Position numbers and translations under genes: made by a program. 64,000 bases of DNA, from the NCBI GenBank assembly GCA_001244265.2, contig CDLV01000007.1, positions 1,488,001 to 1,552,000 of the forward strand, written 5' to 3'. Below the pieces are notes generated by a model that searched no databases, was not told the origin of the DNA, and saw nothing but the letters and a program-made list of their open reading frames with translations. Shown one piece after another: positions 25,054 through 37,700 of this stretch (its first letter is position 1; every line of letters begins with the position of its first letter). This DNA comes from Microbotryum violaceum. Lineage: Eukaryota.

Positions 25054-25990
25054 TTAAGGGTTCTCGCACTAAAAGAGAGGAGAGCAGGAAGTTCCAGCAT
25101 GATCGAGCAGAAATGGTGCATGTGCATCATTCGTCAGCGGGTGCCTTCCTTTCAACCCCCCCCCCCCCCCCTTTCTTTTTCCTTTTTCTAAATCACTGAC
25201 CAAAAAGTAGTTGAACCCGATCAACTCAAGCCCGTTCTGTTGCGCAAAGTCGGCGACTTTGAAAGTGCGACGCTCGGGTCGTTCGTTGCCCTGGATGTGC
25301 GATTGTTCGGCCATCGGCAAAATCGTTTGGGTTTGTTTGTACAACGCAAAGCAGTAACGGTGAGGACTGGTAGGAGCAATGTGGGATTCGGCCGCAGCCC
25401 GAAATCAGAGCTTCACCTTTCTCTGACAACGTCCTGTAAACTTACCCAGTTCCCTGACCCGGACTAGGAGGAGCCCACGGCGTAAGCGGCTCTTCGATCA
25501 CGGTCACCTCGGTCGATTCGGGCTTCACTTTGAGACCACCTTGGATGAGATGTCGCCAAGGACCGAATTTTTGGTCCTCGCGTGAGGGCGCATCGGGGTC
25601 GAAGCTCAGGACTGCATAGGTCAAGTCCGTGTCCTGTGTGTTCGAGTCATGGCGGAGTCCGGCAAGCGCGAGCGTAGTACGTCGAGCAAGGGGGAGAGCA
25701 CAAGCTGGGGTTTAGTCCACCTTTCGTACATGTTGGCCAAACGATCTGTTGGAGTGACTGACCTCTGTGACGAACGAAATGACGGGTGTCTCCTTGGTCT
25801 CGGCAGGGGTCAACTCGTTGCCCAACTGAGCCGACACCCCCGTCGAAGAAAAGCTGACTTGGAGCAACACCTGAGGTCGAAACGACGACGGGAAGTAAGG
25901 CGTACCCAGTAGTTCCGCCTTTTCGAGTCTGTGTAAGAGAATGCGAGGAGGTGTCAGTCACGGTGCGCACTCATCTGCGGAGGATGACAT
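25054..25990 (-). CDS. Phosphatidylethanolamine-binding protein (PEBP/Tfs1/RKIP family)
   Basis: YAVLSFDPDAPSRED..PWRH..PPSPGQGTG|..RYCFALYKQ..RRTFKVADFAQQNGLELIGFNYFL|CENP*. Confidence 0.9.
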
Positions 25991-26305
25991 TAGAGGTTGG
26001 TTCGGGGAATGATGACGTCGAGTCTCGGCGTGTAGGGGTCGCCACTGCAGGGAGTGAGATGGGACGGAGGAGACAGGTAGACGTCTCTGATCAAATGGGC
26101 ACTTACGCCGAGTGTACAGTCTTGAGTGGTCCGTTCATAATGTGTGGTGTTGTAGGTTAGAAGAAGGAGGGAAAGAGGGAGAGACAGTTCTGTGGTCATC
26201 TCGCCGGCCCGAGCTCGCCGTCTTGGCGTGTTCGATCACACCTCCTTCTCCCCACCTCACCCGCCGCCGTTGACGGGCAACCCACAAAATATGACACCGA
26301 AATAG

Positions 26306-28322
26306 ATGCCCGTCCCTACGTCGCTGCTGCTCGCGTTCGCAACCTTTTGGGTCGTCATCAATTACGTTCGCCTCACTCGGCGCCCTCGGTCAGCTTCAGC
26401 CTCGTCTGCGGTTGAGTTGCAGCCTCTGTCCTTGCACGCCTCGACGACCACCTTCAACGATGTGCCTCGTCTCTTGCTCAAGACCTTTCGTCGTCGGCCA
26501 GAAGGAGGATCGCGTGTGCTTGCGTTGTATTGGGATCTCGCGACCTTGGTCGTTGTGTTCGGCCTGGTCGTTGTTCAGCTCGTTCTCGCAACCGCGGCGT
26601 GCAAGGGCGTCTATGCACTACTCCAACTCTACGCAACCTCGCAACCGGACCCAATTACCTCATTGGGTGTCGTTCAGGGTCTCATCAAGCGCGCAACACA
26701 GCAATTGCAGCCCCCACCCTCGGAATCGCTGCTGCTCCAGCCGATCGTGAGCATGACCAGACCACGTGATCAATATTTTTGCCTGTAGCCCCTAACGCGC
26801 GGGTTGATCTTCAGATCCCTGGCCTCACGCACTCGTACGACTCGTTGCCGCTTGTTCTCGTCGCTCTCTTCTCTTCCCAAGTCTTTCACGAGCTTGGTCA
26901 TGCTCTAGCAGCGGCATCGTACGTCTTGTCCTAACCTTGCTGCCCAAATCCGACTCCCTGACACCACTTTCTATGTCCCTCGAGCAGTGAATCCATCCCG
27001 CTGCTCTCAATCGGCTTCCACTTAAATCTCATTGTCCCCACATTCTACGTCGAGCTGCCCTCGTCGACCACATCCCACTCCCCTGTGACGAGCTCGACGA
27101 CCGATCTTCGGATCGCCGCTGCAGGCGTATGGCATAATTTGCTCCTCGTCGGAATCACGTGGCTTATCAGCTTGAATGGACTGGGATGGGGAAGCCTTTT
27201 TACGAGGGTGTTCTATGAGTCGGTAGAAGGAGGCGTGCTCGTGACGGAGGTTGATCTGGTAGGTCTGTTTTTTTTTTCGGGGCATCTTTCGAATCGTCCA
27301 GTTCCCGGCCATCCTGACCTTTCCTTCCTTCCTTCCGGCCAGACATCGCCTCTTTATGAACTTCTGCAACCGCGAATCAAGATCACTCATCTTGACGATC
27401 TCGAATTGGACTCGTCATCATCACCTTCGGCCCTCTGGGCAGACTATCTCTCATCCGAACCCAGCACTTCGACAAGTTCATCCTACAACTCTCTAGGGTG
27501 GTGTCTCGACGCGACCCTCTTCAACCCGCCGGATCAAGCACTTCCCTCCTGTTGCACACCGGCATCGACCCAGACCGATCAACTGTGCTTCCAACACGGT
27601 GCTTCGGAAGTCTCGTACGCATGCTTGGAACCTTCGTCCATCTTCTCCCCTCCGTCCAAGAAGCAAGGTCCTACCCGATGTCTGGACGATCGAGGGTGTA
27701 GTCTGACTGCTCAGAAGTGTACGAGCCTGGAGAGCGACCAACACATTCTACGCATCGGAGTGGAAGACACTCTTTCTCCTGATGGGATTACCAAAATTCT
27801 CATCTACCAAGGTCCGAGAATGGCAGTATTGCACCAAGGTAAGCCCAAACCTGAACCCTCGTACAAATATGACGACTCAGCTATCCTCTCGATACCCACA
27901 CGAAAGCAGTATCTGTCACGACCGACCTCCCTCGAACGCGCCTCATCCCTCTCCTGTATCTCCGCACGATCGAACGCTTCTATTCCCACCTCCTAGGCCT
28001 CAGTCTAGCCCTGGCTTTCTTCAACTTACTCCCTCTACCTTACTTGGATGGACAAGTGCTTTGGTCGACCGTTTGGACTCTGATGAGAGGATTTGAAGAA
28101 GTGGGAGATAGGATGGAAGTGGGGGAGATGGGGAAAAAGGAAGGGGTGATGAGAGGTAGGGGTATTTTGGATCGGTCGATTGAGGGGATGAGGAAGTTCG
28201 GCTGGCTACGTAAGTTGGCGGAGAGAGAAGAAAGGGTGGAGAGGTTGTTGAGGAGGTGGACCATGGTGATGGGTGGGCTAACGATGGGGACGGGAGTGTG
28301 GGTCGTTTTCATTGGGTCCTGA
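26306..28322 (+). CDS. Site-2 protease (peptidase M50, S2P/MBTPS2-like)
   Basis: IPGLT..QVFHELGHALAA (HExxH), LRIAAAGVWHNLL, a Cys-rich luminal region and SLALAFFNLLPLPYLDG (NxxPxxxLDG). Confidence 0.9.
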
Positions 28323-28538
28323 GGAAGCGCTTGATTGTCCAAACTTTTACTAATTTCGTCTTACAAAGTTGTTGCATTCACGTGATCCTCTTTATGAGCG
28401 GGGCAGTGAGGTACCCATTCAAGTGGAGACACTAAGCTCTAGTATTAACTTGCGCTCAATGCGGAACGACTAAGCCGAGTTGAGGACACGGAAGACTAAT
28501 CAACAAATCTTACAAGTTTACCTCGACAATGCACAAAT

Positions 28539-30336
28539 TCAAGCTGTCTCCGTGGCCCTCCTCACCCCACGACCCAATCCCAAAGGCAACCCACTTCCCT
28601 CCAACAAGCTCCTCCTAACCTTTCCCCCGAACCTCCTCACATCCGCCCGACCCGTAGCGCTCAACCTCCCCGCCTGCAACCTCACCAAATTTAAACTAGG
28701 TCCCAAGACTTGGGCTTTTAGAATATCGTTCTCGTCCCTTTGTAACCAGTTTTGGGCTCCGAGGGGTAAGAGGTCCCGACGGGCTTGGAGGAAGAAATCG
28801 CGGACTTCTCGCTCGAGATGACGGCGGGAATGGGAGGGGAGAGGTCGAGTTGATGCGATTGGGTTCGGGAGAGGAGTGCGTACGTGGAGGAAAGGGCGAG
28901 GACTCGAGAGGTAGGACGAGGCGAGAGAGACCAGCTTGGGTCGTTGAGCAACAACTTTGCTTGCGGTGAGGGCTTCAGCTTTTGTGGCGTCGGTGATTGA
29001 GGTGCGGGATTGGTCGACAGCGCTAGTCGCGGTTGCAGGCACCATCGCAACCGAACGAGCCTTTTTACTCCTCTTTAGCATCCCCACTAGAGCCGAAGAA
29101 AACCATAACACGTGCAAAGGGGCGGCGAGGATCACCCCAACCAGAGGGATATACGTCGGATCGACTATATCGAGACCGGACGAGTATGCGACACCATGTT
29201 TGGACGCGTAAACAGCGATGAGGATGACGTGGTAGAGAATGCGGGTCAGGAAGAACAGGGAAGTGAAGACGAGGTCGGATCGTGTGCGCGGGACAAGCAT
29301 GGACAGTGCAAGAACGGCGGTAGGTAGCTGCGAACGAAGGTCAGGGGTCAGGTCAGAGTCTCCGCGAAAGGCGTCGCGAAGGTCATGACTCACCTCCATC
29401 ATAGCGGCACCACAAAATAATGTGACAGATGTCCCGTCTATGAGCGGAGGCATGCGTCAGGTCCTTGAGGGCAAATCAACCGATCTTGGCAGCGTGCGAG
29501 GCTTACCGATATACAAAGCCGAGCAGGATGGTGTAGGCGATGTGATGGATCCAACCGGTAAGCAGGGTGACTTGTTGACGGTAACGTATGCTTCCAATGA
29601 GGAGATCCTAGATTTTTTGAGAAAGGCGAGAGCAGTGGGAATATTGTGCCGAGTAGCGAGCAAGCATAGAAGACTCCTGTTAGCTTCAACGAATCGGAGG
29701 CCACGGCTATCCCGCCCACCTGTGAGCTTCAAAGCAAATGAGCTCACCGTGTTCAAATACGCCACAAAAAAAGCGACCACGGCTCGAGCCAACGCCTCTC
29801 GTCGCTGAACGTAGCGGGGGTCAAGACCATGGCGAAGCAAGTCGTAGTTGAACGGGATCGAGGCGATAGTCATGATGAACGCCGCGGTTCCTGTCAGGAC
29901 CCAAGATCGCTGTTTACCTGACCATGGGGATCAGAAGAAGAGATGAATCAGCGACATTGTAAGTCAAATCTGAAGCGCTGTCCGTAAAGCGATTGGGGTG
30001 ACGCCACCCACTGATGCCAGCCCGAGGCCGCGCCGACCTGTTTCGGTGGGGCGGCCTGAGGAAGCGCGTGCCACCTTACTGCTCGCGCGCTCGCACTCCT
30101 AACCCGGCGGTCACTGCAGAAAGTGCATGAGAGCACGTCAACTCACTCTGAGCTATCCTCAAGCTTCGTTCCTTATCTCCAAAAGCCTCATTGGGTGTAG
30201 AATCGAATCCGAACGCGTAAACGACCGCATAGTACCAGAACGTGAGTGAAAGCACCGACACGACGTAGCAAACGCTGAAGTACGCCCAGCGCGAATCGAG
30301 TGCGAGTTCGACGAGGGGTGACATCGCTGATGACAT
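28539..30336 (-). CDS. TLC (TRAM/LAG1/CLN8) domain membrane protein
   Basis: QRSWVLT, FFVAYL, LLTGWIHHIAY, MME|LPTAVLAL..RSDLVFTSLFFLTRILYH, LHVLWF. Confidence 0.8.
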
Positions 30337-30615
30337 GGCGAAGGGTGGGGTGAATAAGGGATCCGCTGTGTAAGGAGTAATAAAGGCGTGAATGCGGGTG
30401 TGCACGCCTAACTCAAGAATTGCACGAGGTGAGGTGGGGAAGCACGAGACGGCTTTGGTCCGAAGGTATTCGAGCACGTGCGCATATCGCAGATCCCAGT
30501 CACGTGACCGTCTCTCCCTCTCACCAGCCTCGAGTCCGCTTCCCATCTTCCGCAGTGTCTCTATAACACCCTCAAGAATCTAGTACGACAAGAAGAGAAC
30601 CCTGCAACACGCCTC

Positions 30616-33233
30616 TCAAAGTTTGGCCTTGACTTTGAGTTCCAACTCAGGATGGTTGATGAAGAACTTGAGGCATTCGGGATCCTCGGCCGAACTGAGA
30701 TTCAACGACTCGTATTTGGCGCCATTGACCAACTTCTTGACGGGGATTTCGAGCCTCTTGCCATTACCCGTGTAAGGTACTTTGGGACAATGGATCATCA
30801 CAGCAGGGACATGGCGTGTGGAACGTTGGGTGCGGACGTTGTCGTTGATGCGCTTGCGCAACTCCGGGGTCAAGTTTCCCTGCTTGGGCAAAACGAAGAG
30901 AACAACGCGTTCGTCACCATCGGGGAGTTTCTGACCAACAGCGATGCAGTCCTCGACGATGTCCCGCATCTCTTCGACAACTGAGTAAAGCTCCGCACTT
31001 CCGAAACGAACACCGGCAGGGTTCAACACGCCGTCACTTCGTCCAAAGACGGTGCACCCGCCCGTAACGCTATGTAATTCGATCCAATCACCCTGGGTCC
31101 AGCAGATGGGGTTCTTGTACGTCTCAAAGTAGGACGCTCGGTAGCGCTTGTCGCCTTCATCGTTCCAGAAACCGAGGGGCATGTTGGGGAACGGCTTCAG
31201 GATGCACATCTCTCCTTGTGCGTCGATAATGGGCTTGCCGTTGTCATCGAGGGCGTGCAGGTCCATGCCCAATCCAGGGGCTTGGATCTCGGCGTGGTAC
31301 ACAGGCAAGGAAGGAACACCACCCACGAACCTGGAGTCATGGACGTGCCAAAGGATGGGTCAGCGGATGGAATTCCGGGGATGTTGAAAAGCTTCGCACA
31401 TACAGATTGCAAATGTCCGTTCCTCCAGTACCGTTGTTGATGAAGACCTTGGGACCGACATTGTCGCGAACCCAGTCGTACAACTCGGCCTTAAGTACCG
31501 ACCCAGCGGTAGCGATAACCTTCAAAGACTTCAGCGAATGATGCTCTTTGGGGAGGTAGTTGTTGTTATCGAGCGTCTGTAGGAAGCGCGGGGAGATGCC
31601 CAAGTGGGTGCATTTATACTCGTCCACCAGGGAGAAGAGGATACCGAGAGGAGCGAGAGGCGATCCGTCGTAGGCGATCATCGTGCAGCCGTTCATAAGC
31701 GTGCTGAGCGCGTAGTTCCACATCATCCATCCGAGGGTCGAGAATTGCAAGAAGACGGCGTCGGCGCTCATGTTGTTGTGGCACGAACTAAAGCGGACGA
31801 GAGAAGAACAGATCAGCAGCCACCTGAACACAGTTTGCTACATGGGTAGAACTTACTTTGTCATCTTCTGCGACAAGACCATACCGCCGATAGTGTGAAC
31901 AATGGCCTTGGGCTTGCCCGTCGTTCCAGACGAGTACAGCACAAAGATCGGAGCCATGGCGTCCATCCTCGTGAACTGGATCTCGGCCGGCGCTCCCTCA
32001 CCTGCTTTGATGACCTCATGGTAGTGTGCCCAGGACCGACCGTGAGTGTTTTTCGGAAACGGGACCTTCGAAATTCGGTCCTTTTCGAGTTGGCCGACCA
32101 TGACGACGTGCATGACTGTCGGTAGACCTTCGAGAAGCTCAAGCAGCTTGGGGATGACGTCGATTGATTTGCCATTGTAGCGATAATGATCACCGGTTAT
32201 GAGCACTTTGGGCTCGATCTGAGTGACAAAAGCGGTTTTGAACAGGATGAGTCAGCCGGGAGCTCTGGGATAGATGGTTCTCAACAATAATATCCACCTG
32301 AGTGAATCGTTCCAACACGGCCTTGACACCAAATTCCGAAGGACAACTACTCCATACCGCGCCAAGGGAAGCAGCCGCCAAAGTCATGACGATGACCTCG
32401 ACATTCGAAGGCGAGAAAGCCACAACCCGATCGCCCGCAACGACGCCCATGGCTTTGAGCGAATGCGCCAACTTGCGCACCTCTTGGTACAGCTCTTCAT
32501 AGGTCATCGTGCGCAAATGTGTTGATTCGAGATACTTTGGGGAGGAAGAAGGGACCGAAGGTTCAGCGACCGAAATGATGGCTTTGGCTGTCTTTGATCG
32601 GGCATTAGAATGGGCCATGAGAGTATTTTCAGCGTAGTTCATCTTGGCTTGGATCAAGCGCGGGTTCACGCGGTCCATAGGTTGCGACGAATCGAAGAGC
32701 AATTTTCTGTACCATACGACGAAGAAAGCCGGGTCAACTCCTGAGCTTTTCGATCCTGCTTCGGGTTCGGTCGCCCGGTATGTAGGTGGGGTAGTAGAAG
32801 CCCAACAAGCGCTAGGTGAACGCACTCTTTCTCTCCCACGATACCGGTAAAGTCCCACATGTCGGCTGTGTACGTAAAAAGAAGAAGAAGAAAAAGTCAA
32901 CTCTTATAGTCATACCTAATCTCTACAGCCACGACGAGGTCGACCCGATCGACCGCCCGAAGTGCTTTCATCATTATTTTTCGTGACTTAAACTCCGTAG
33001 GTAACGCCGACGAATGAACATCCCCCCTTCAAACTGGATCAAAAACAACGAAGGTAGAATGACTGACTCCAGAACTCGTTCAAATCCTCCAACGACCACG
33101 CGTGCAGTTCCCAATAGTCGCCGAGGTGCAATCCTCGCTTCTTGTTGACATAGCGCCGGAACTGCGAGTCCAATGTCGCTTCGGCTTCCTTGGCCGTCGG
33201 GCGGTAGAAGATCGTTCGTGGCGAAGGGGGCAT
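30616..33233 (-). CDS. Acetoacetyl-CoA synthetase (AMP-forming), C-terminal -AKL
   Basis: DYWELHAWS..EFW, MNYAEN, SLGAVWSSCPSEFG, LYSSGTTGKPKAIVH, GWMMWN, TGGTDIC, WTQGD, GRSDGVLNPAGVRFGSAELY and GKRLEIPVK. Confidence 0.93.
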
Positions 33234-33716
33234 AGTGACCTTGTCTTGTTTTGGTCCGTAGTGGTGCGAGTCAAGTACGATGGAAGGGAGTAAGACAACT
33301 CTGGGCAAGTGCGGGGTCGCGATTGAGCGCTGAGCCGCGCACACTCGGCCAGACATTGCCGGACACTGCAGCTCCCACTCGGAACCTCTCGGAACCGGAG
33401 GACGGCATAGCTTTCTTGCGGAGCCGGCGCGAATATATCGGCGATCGCCATTCCGCCGGTCGAGCCAAGAGCATCAGAGATCCGACCGAGCGAGCATAAC
33501 TACATTTTACTTCAGAAAGACTCGATCTGCTAACTGCGGTCCGTAGCTCTGTGATATGCGAGGTGCCGTCACCGGAGCATTGCCGAGCTGAGCTCCAGTT
33601 CATGTGGGGGTGAGCCCGGCGACATTCATCGATGACCCCCAAAAATCGGCCGAGCACTTCACTTGATCTTGTATGCATTACAAGGTCATAACCTCACCCG
33701 TCCACGCTCTCATCGC

Positions 33717-36623
33717 TCAACCCCAATCTGCAATTAGCTGCAATCGATGCGCCACATTGGTCGGGAAACCTGAGAACCAAAGGAATTCCCAAAGTTAGGA
33801 TCCGCAAGGCGGCAACTCAACTCGACGTCTCGGGTCTTCAAGGGACTCACGGAATTCAGTAGCAAGGAACGGCTCGAACTCCGCTAGGATCTCTCGAATC
33901 CCTTCCCTCAAAGCTGTAGGTATGCGCATTGACGCCGCAGACACGGTCAGCACAAAGAAGCACCTAATTGTGAGGCTGCGGGCTCATCTTCACCTACCTA
34001 ATTGGACCTGCCCAATCGATTCCGAGATTCTCGTCTGTAGCTGCTCCTTCGCATTTTCACTACTGCTTGCCTCCGCGGTGCTTGACAGACTGGAAGCGAG
34101 GACGTCCAATGTGTTGAGGTAGAGGACGAAAGCCTCGAGCACGCGTGGGATGTCGCGTTGCGCGACGCCGTACGTGTCTTCCTTCAGTGAAGCGCATAAG
34201 AGATTGGAGAGAGCTGTGTAGGGAAATTGTGTAAGTAATGCAGCGCACACACGACGACGATGAAGCGCATCGGGTGCACTCACCATGTATCGCACACACG
34301 ACCTCTCTCCTCCTTGCAACGCACACGTCCACCACATGTGTCGACAGCGTCGTGAACATCGACCCTTGCCAAGGCGTGGGGATCCAAGAGCTCAACCTCG
34401 CTTCCAAAGACTTGGAAGCGCTACTCGTCGTCGATGAGAGCGTTCCCGAAACGGCGGAAGCAACTGATGACCCCGCTACAGAGATCGACGACGTCGCAGC
34501 TGTCGTCGGCGTTTGGAAGATGGAAGGCACTCGAGAAGGAGTTGTTGATGTAGACAAGGAAGAAGAGGTCGTCAAAACGCCCGTCGATCTAGCCGTAGGT
34601 GCTGGTGCTGAGGATGGTCCAGCGAGAGTATCAAGGAAAGTCTTCTTCGTCGGCTGGAAGACGTTCTCGTTGCGTACGGGGACGCTCGAGCCGGAATGAC
34701 TTGAAGTCAGAGTCGAGGTTGATGGACTCGATGTTGTGGACGGCGGGCCTGCAAGACCGAGTTTTTATCGTCAGCCTGTGTAAATGGCGCCTACCGCAGC
34801 ACCACACAAACTCACTCTGCACCTTGCCTCTCCCCTTTGCCCTTTGCAACTCCTTCCCGATCAGCAACAAGCACTCCCTCGAGATCTCGGCCCAGGCTCC
34901 TCTTTGAGAATTGTCGGCTTTGATGTCGGTGAAGATGGCCTTTCTCCTCTCTGGACTCGTCAGGGTGATGTTCTCGAGCTCGAGGAAGGCGAATTGCTTT
35001 GATGAAAACCCGACAGGGAAGGATCAGTCGATTGGCTAGACCACTTGTCGACACTCATGCGTCTCACCTGATAGTATGCATCCGTATTCCGAAGACCCGA
35101 CAAGAGACATTGGTTGGGGTTGACCGAGAAATGTGAGATGTTGAGGGGCTAAGAATCCAGGCAGACAAAAGCGGATTGATGAGATGACTCCCAAAAGCCG
35201 AGACTTCTACCCGCGATAGACTCACTTGACTCGCATACACGTCGAAGCAGACGTGAGCCGCTTCCCAGACACCAAAGACGAGCAGTGAGCTCATCAGCGA
35301 CCGACTGGCAAGGGTGAGCGAAAAGGCTGCATTGTGCTTGAGGAGCGAGTAGAGGTACGGTCTGTAGCGCAAGTGATGATGATGTGAGTCGAGCAACCCC
35401 CCTGCCAAAACATCGTTGTAGTCCATCTACCGACCTTGCCCAAGGTCCAGCAAAGTTAACGACGAGGAACTTGAGCACTGGCCGGCGCAGGACGATGTAG
35501 CTCGAATAGAACAGGGCGTTGCTTATGAGGACGGAGCGCATAACGGTGGGGAGTCTAGCTTGAGCTCTTATCGCCAATCGCTGCGGGATAGGACGCTGTG
35601 TGAAACGAGATCACAAGTATGAACTTGTTGACTTCTGCACCGCGACCACGACTGTTGGACCCCTACTGACCGCCGATCCATCATCAAACTGAACCCTCGA
35701 CTTTGAGTTGACGGCGTGGTCGAAGGTTGCACAGGCAGCGAGGGTGAGATGCAACAGCAGCAACAGTATCCGCCGTTCATTAATTTGGTACGCATCACGA
35801 CTGATGAAGGGTGATAGCATGGGTCAGACCAATGCTCAGGCATCTTTCGCAGCGGAAAACGCTGACCGACCCAGAGTGATAAAACAACCATCCGAGCCGC
35901 GGTTCGCGGGATGTATAGCTCGTGCACCACACGTAGGAGAAGTGAATGGGTGCAACGGCGAGGAGGTAGACGATCAAGGTCGTGACGGCATCCGGCCGTC
36001 GCAGCGACTCGAGTTGAGCGAATGGGGTCGAAGCTGATGGGATCCCGGCTGTGGAGAAGCAGATCGGGTGCTATAGAGGTCAGGACTGGAGCAATATACC
36101 CATAAGAGTACCGGGTGTTTGAGACTGACTGCTGATGGTGCTCTTGCGATGTATGAAGAGCGGGAGTGCACCGAAGAAGACGACGGGGGAGAAGAGCAAC
36201 ACCGGACCAAAGTTGACGAGCGAGCCTGCGAACAAAACGAAAATGATAGTGAGCACATGACGCGGGCAGCTCTTCCTCTCCTGACAGACCTGGCAGTTGT
36301 TTGGGATCAAACACGGCGAGCAAGAGCAAACAGTAGGCCGCGAAGCCGGTCAGGCCAAACATGTTGCGTAGCCGCCTCTGTAACACGATCTGCTATCGAA
36401 CGGAGAGATTAGTACAGGGTCGGCGAGGGATTGAAGAAGAGCGAAGTTCGCCACAACTCGCCTTGCAAAATACGACATAGTGCTGAGACGGCGGCAGGGA
36501 CGAGGACGACGCTGGTCTGGACGTGAGCAGCTCGGACACACTTCGCGTCGGAGGGGCGACCGTGTTGCTCCCCGTCGTCGAGTCGAAGCGAGGAGCAAAC
36601 ACGTTCGTCTGGACGACGCTCAT
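33717..36623 (-). CDS. NDC1: Nucleoporin Ndc1, multi-exon
   Basis: Multi-TM N-half with INER. Conserved C-terminal ALSNLLCASLKEDTYGVAQRDIPRVLEAF and LREGIREILAEF..RFPTNVAHRLQLIADWG*. Confidence 0.8.
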
Positions 36624-37700
36624 CCTGCGCAGATGCCCAATCGAGGTGGGAGGGGACGGGCGGTGGAAAGCGAGCGTGCAAGATCGAGCTCAAGCTGAGC
36701 GCCGAGTGCACCGCACCACAACGTTGAACGTTGAGCCACGTCTAATACCCACGTCAGCCTACGTTGGCCTGCGTTGACCTATATACGTCGTATTAGTACG
36801 AGCCGCTCGGAGCGAGATGTTAAGCGCGTCACTGCCGAGTAAATCCCACGATTTTTGGGTGAAATCAACCGTACCCGCATTTTTTAGGAGGTTTAGAGTG
36901 GGGTTAGGATACTTTCTACAACGTCACATGATGCCAGGGAAAGACTGACCATGAGAAATAGATGTGCTGAAAATGATTGGGCTGTCGAGGTTTTGCAGTG
37001 GCGCGTGGCCCTGCCCTGCCGGGGTCACGCCGCGTCCTGAGCTGTCCTGCTGAGCTCGAGCGCTGGATCGCTCTGGAGCGTGCTGGCATGCATGCTGGCG
37101 CTCATGCGCTCATGCAAGGAAGGACCCGGGAAAGCTCAGCCCAATGTGCGTCTCGGAGATTTGTACTTTTCGGGCCCATTTATGCCTTGTGATATGCTAC
37201 ATGACGTGGTTTTTCATGGTAGAGTAACTTTTTCAACACAACCCAATAATCTGGTCTTACACCGGAATACATACACCCCTTATATAGGGATATTCGGTGT
37301 GCATGAAATCGGCCTAAAAACGGGGGTTTTCGAGACGCACCTTCGGCTGAGCTTTCCCGGGTCCTCTCATGCATGCTCATGACCTCCACTTGACGGCGGT
37401 GGGTGCGATCGCAGTCGCTCTCTCACGCTCGCCCTCCACTGTTGCCCCTGTGCCCACAGCTGCCGTCCAATCCGCGTCTGGATCTGCGCTCGCTCTAGCC
37501 GTCTGAAGTCACTCGATCCGTTGGACCAACTGAACTCACTCGTTGGACTCGGAACCTCGATCGATCCTACTTCAAGCACTTGAGCCCACCGACGCCGTCC
37601 CGCCGCACGCCTGGCGCCTCTCGCGCTTGCCTCCACTCATTGGCAGTTCCGACTCCAGCGCGTCAGTCACCGCGGCCGACGACGACCATCCCGGTGCACC

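Noticed and set aside
36780-36900. TATA plus ATTTTTGG plus hairpin, resembling an snRNA
   Set aside because: No U1/U2/U4/U5 signature. It lies in the NDC1/TF divergent promoter.
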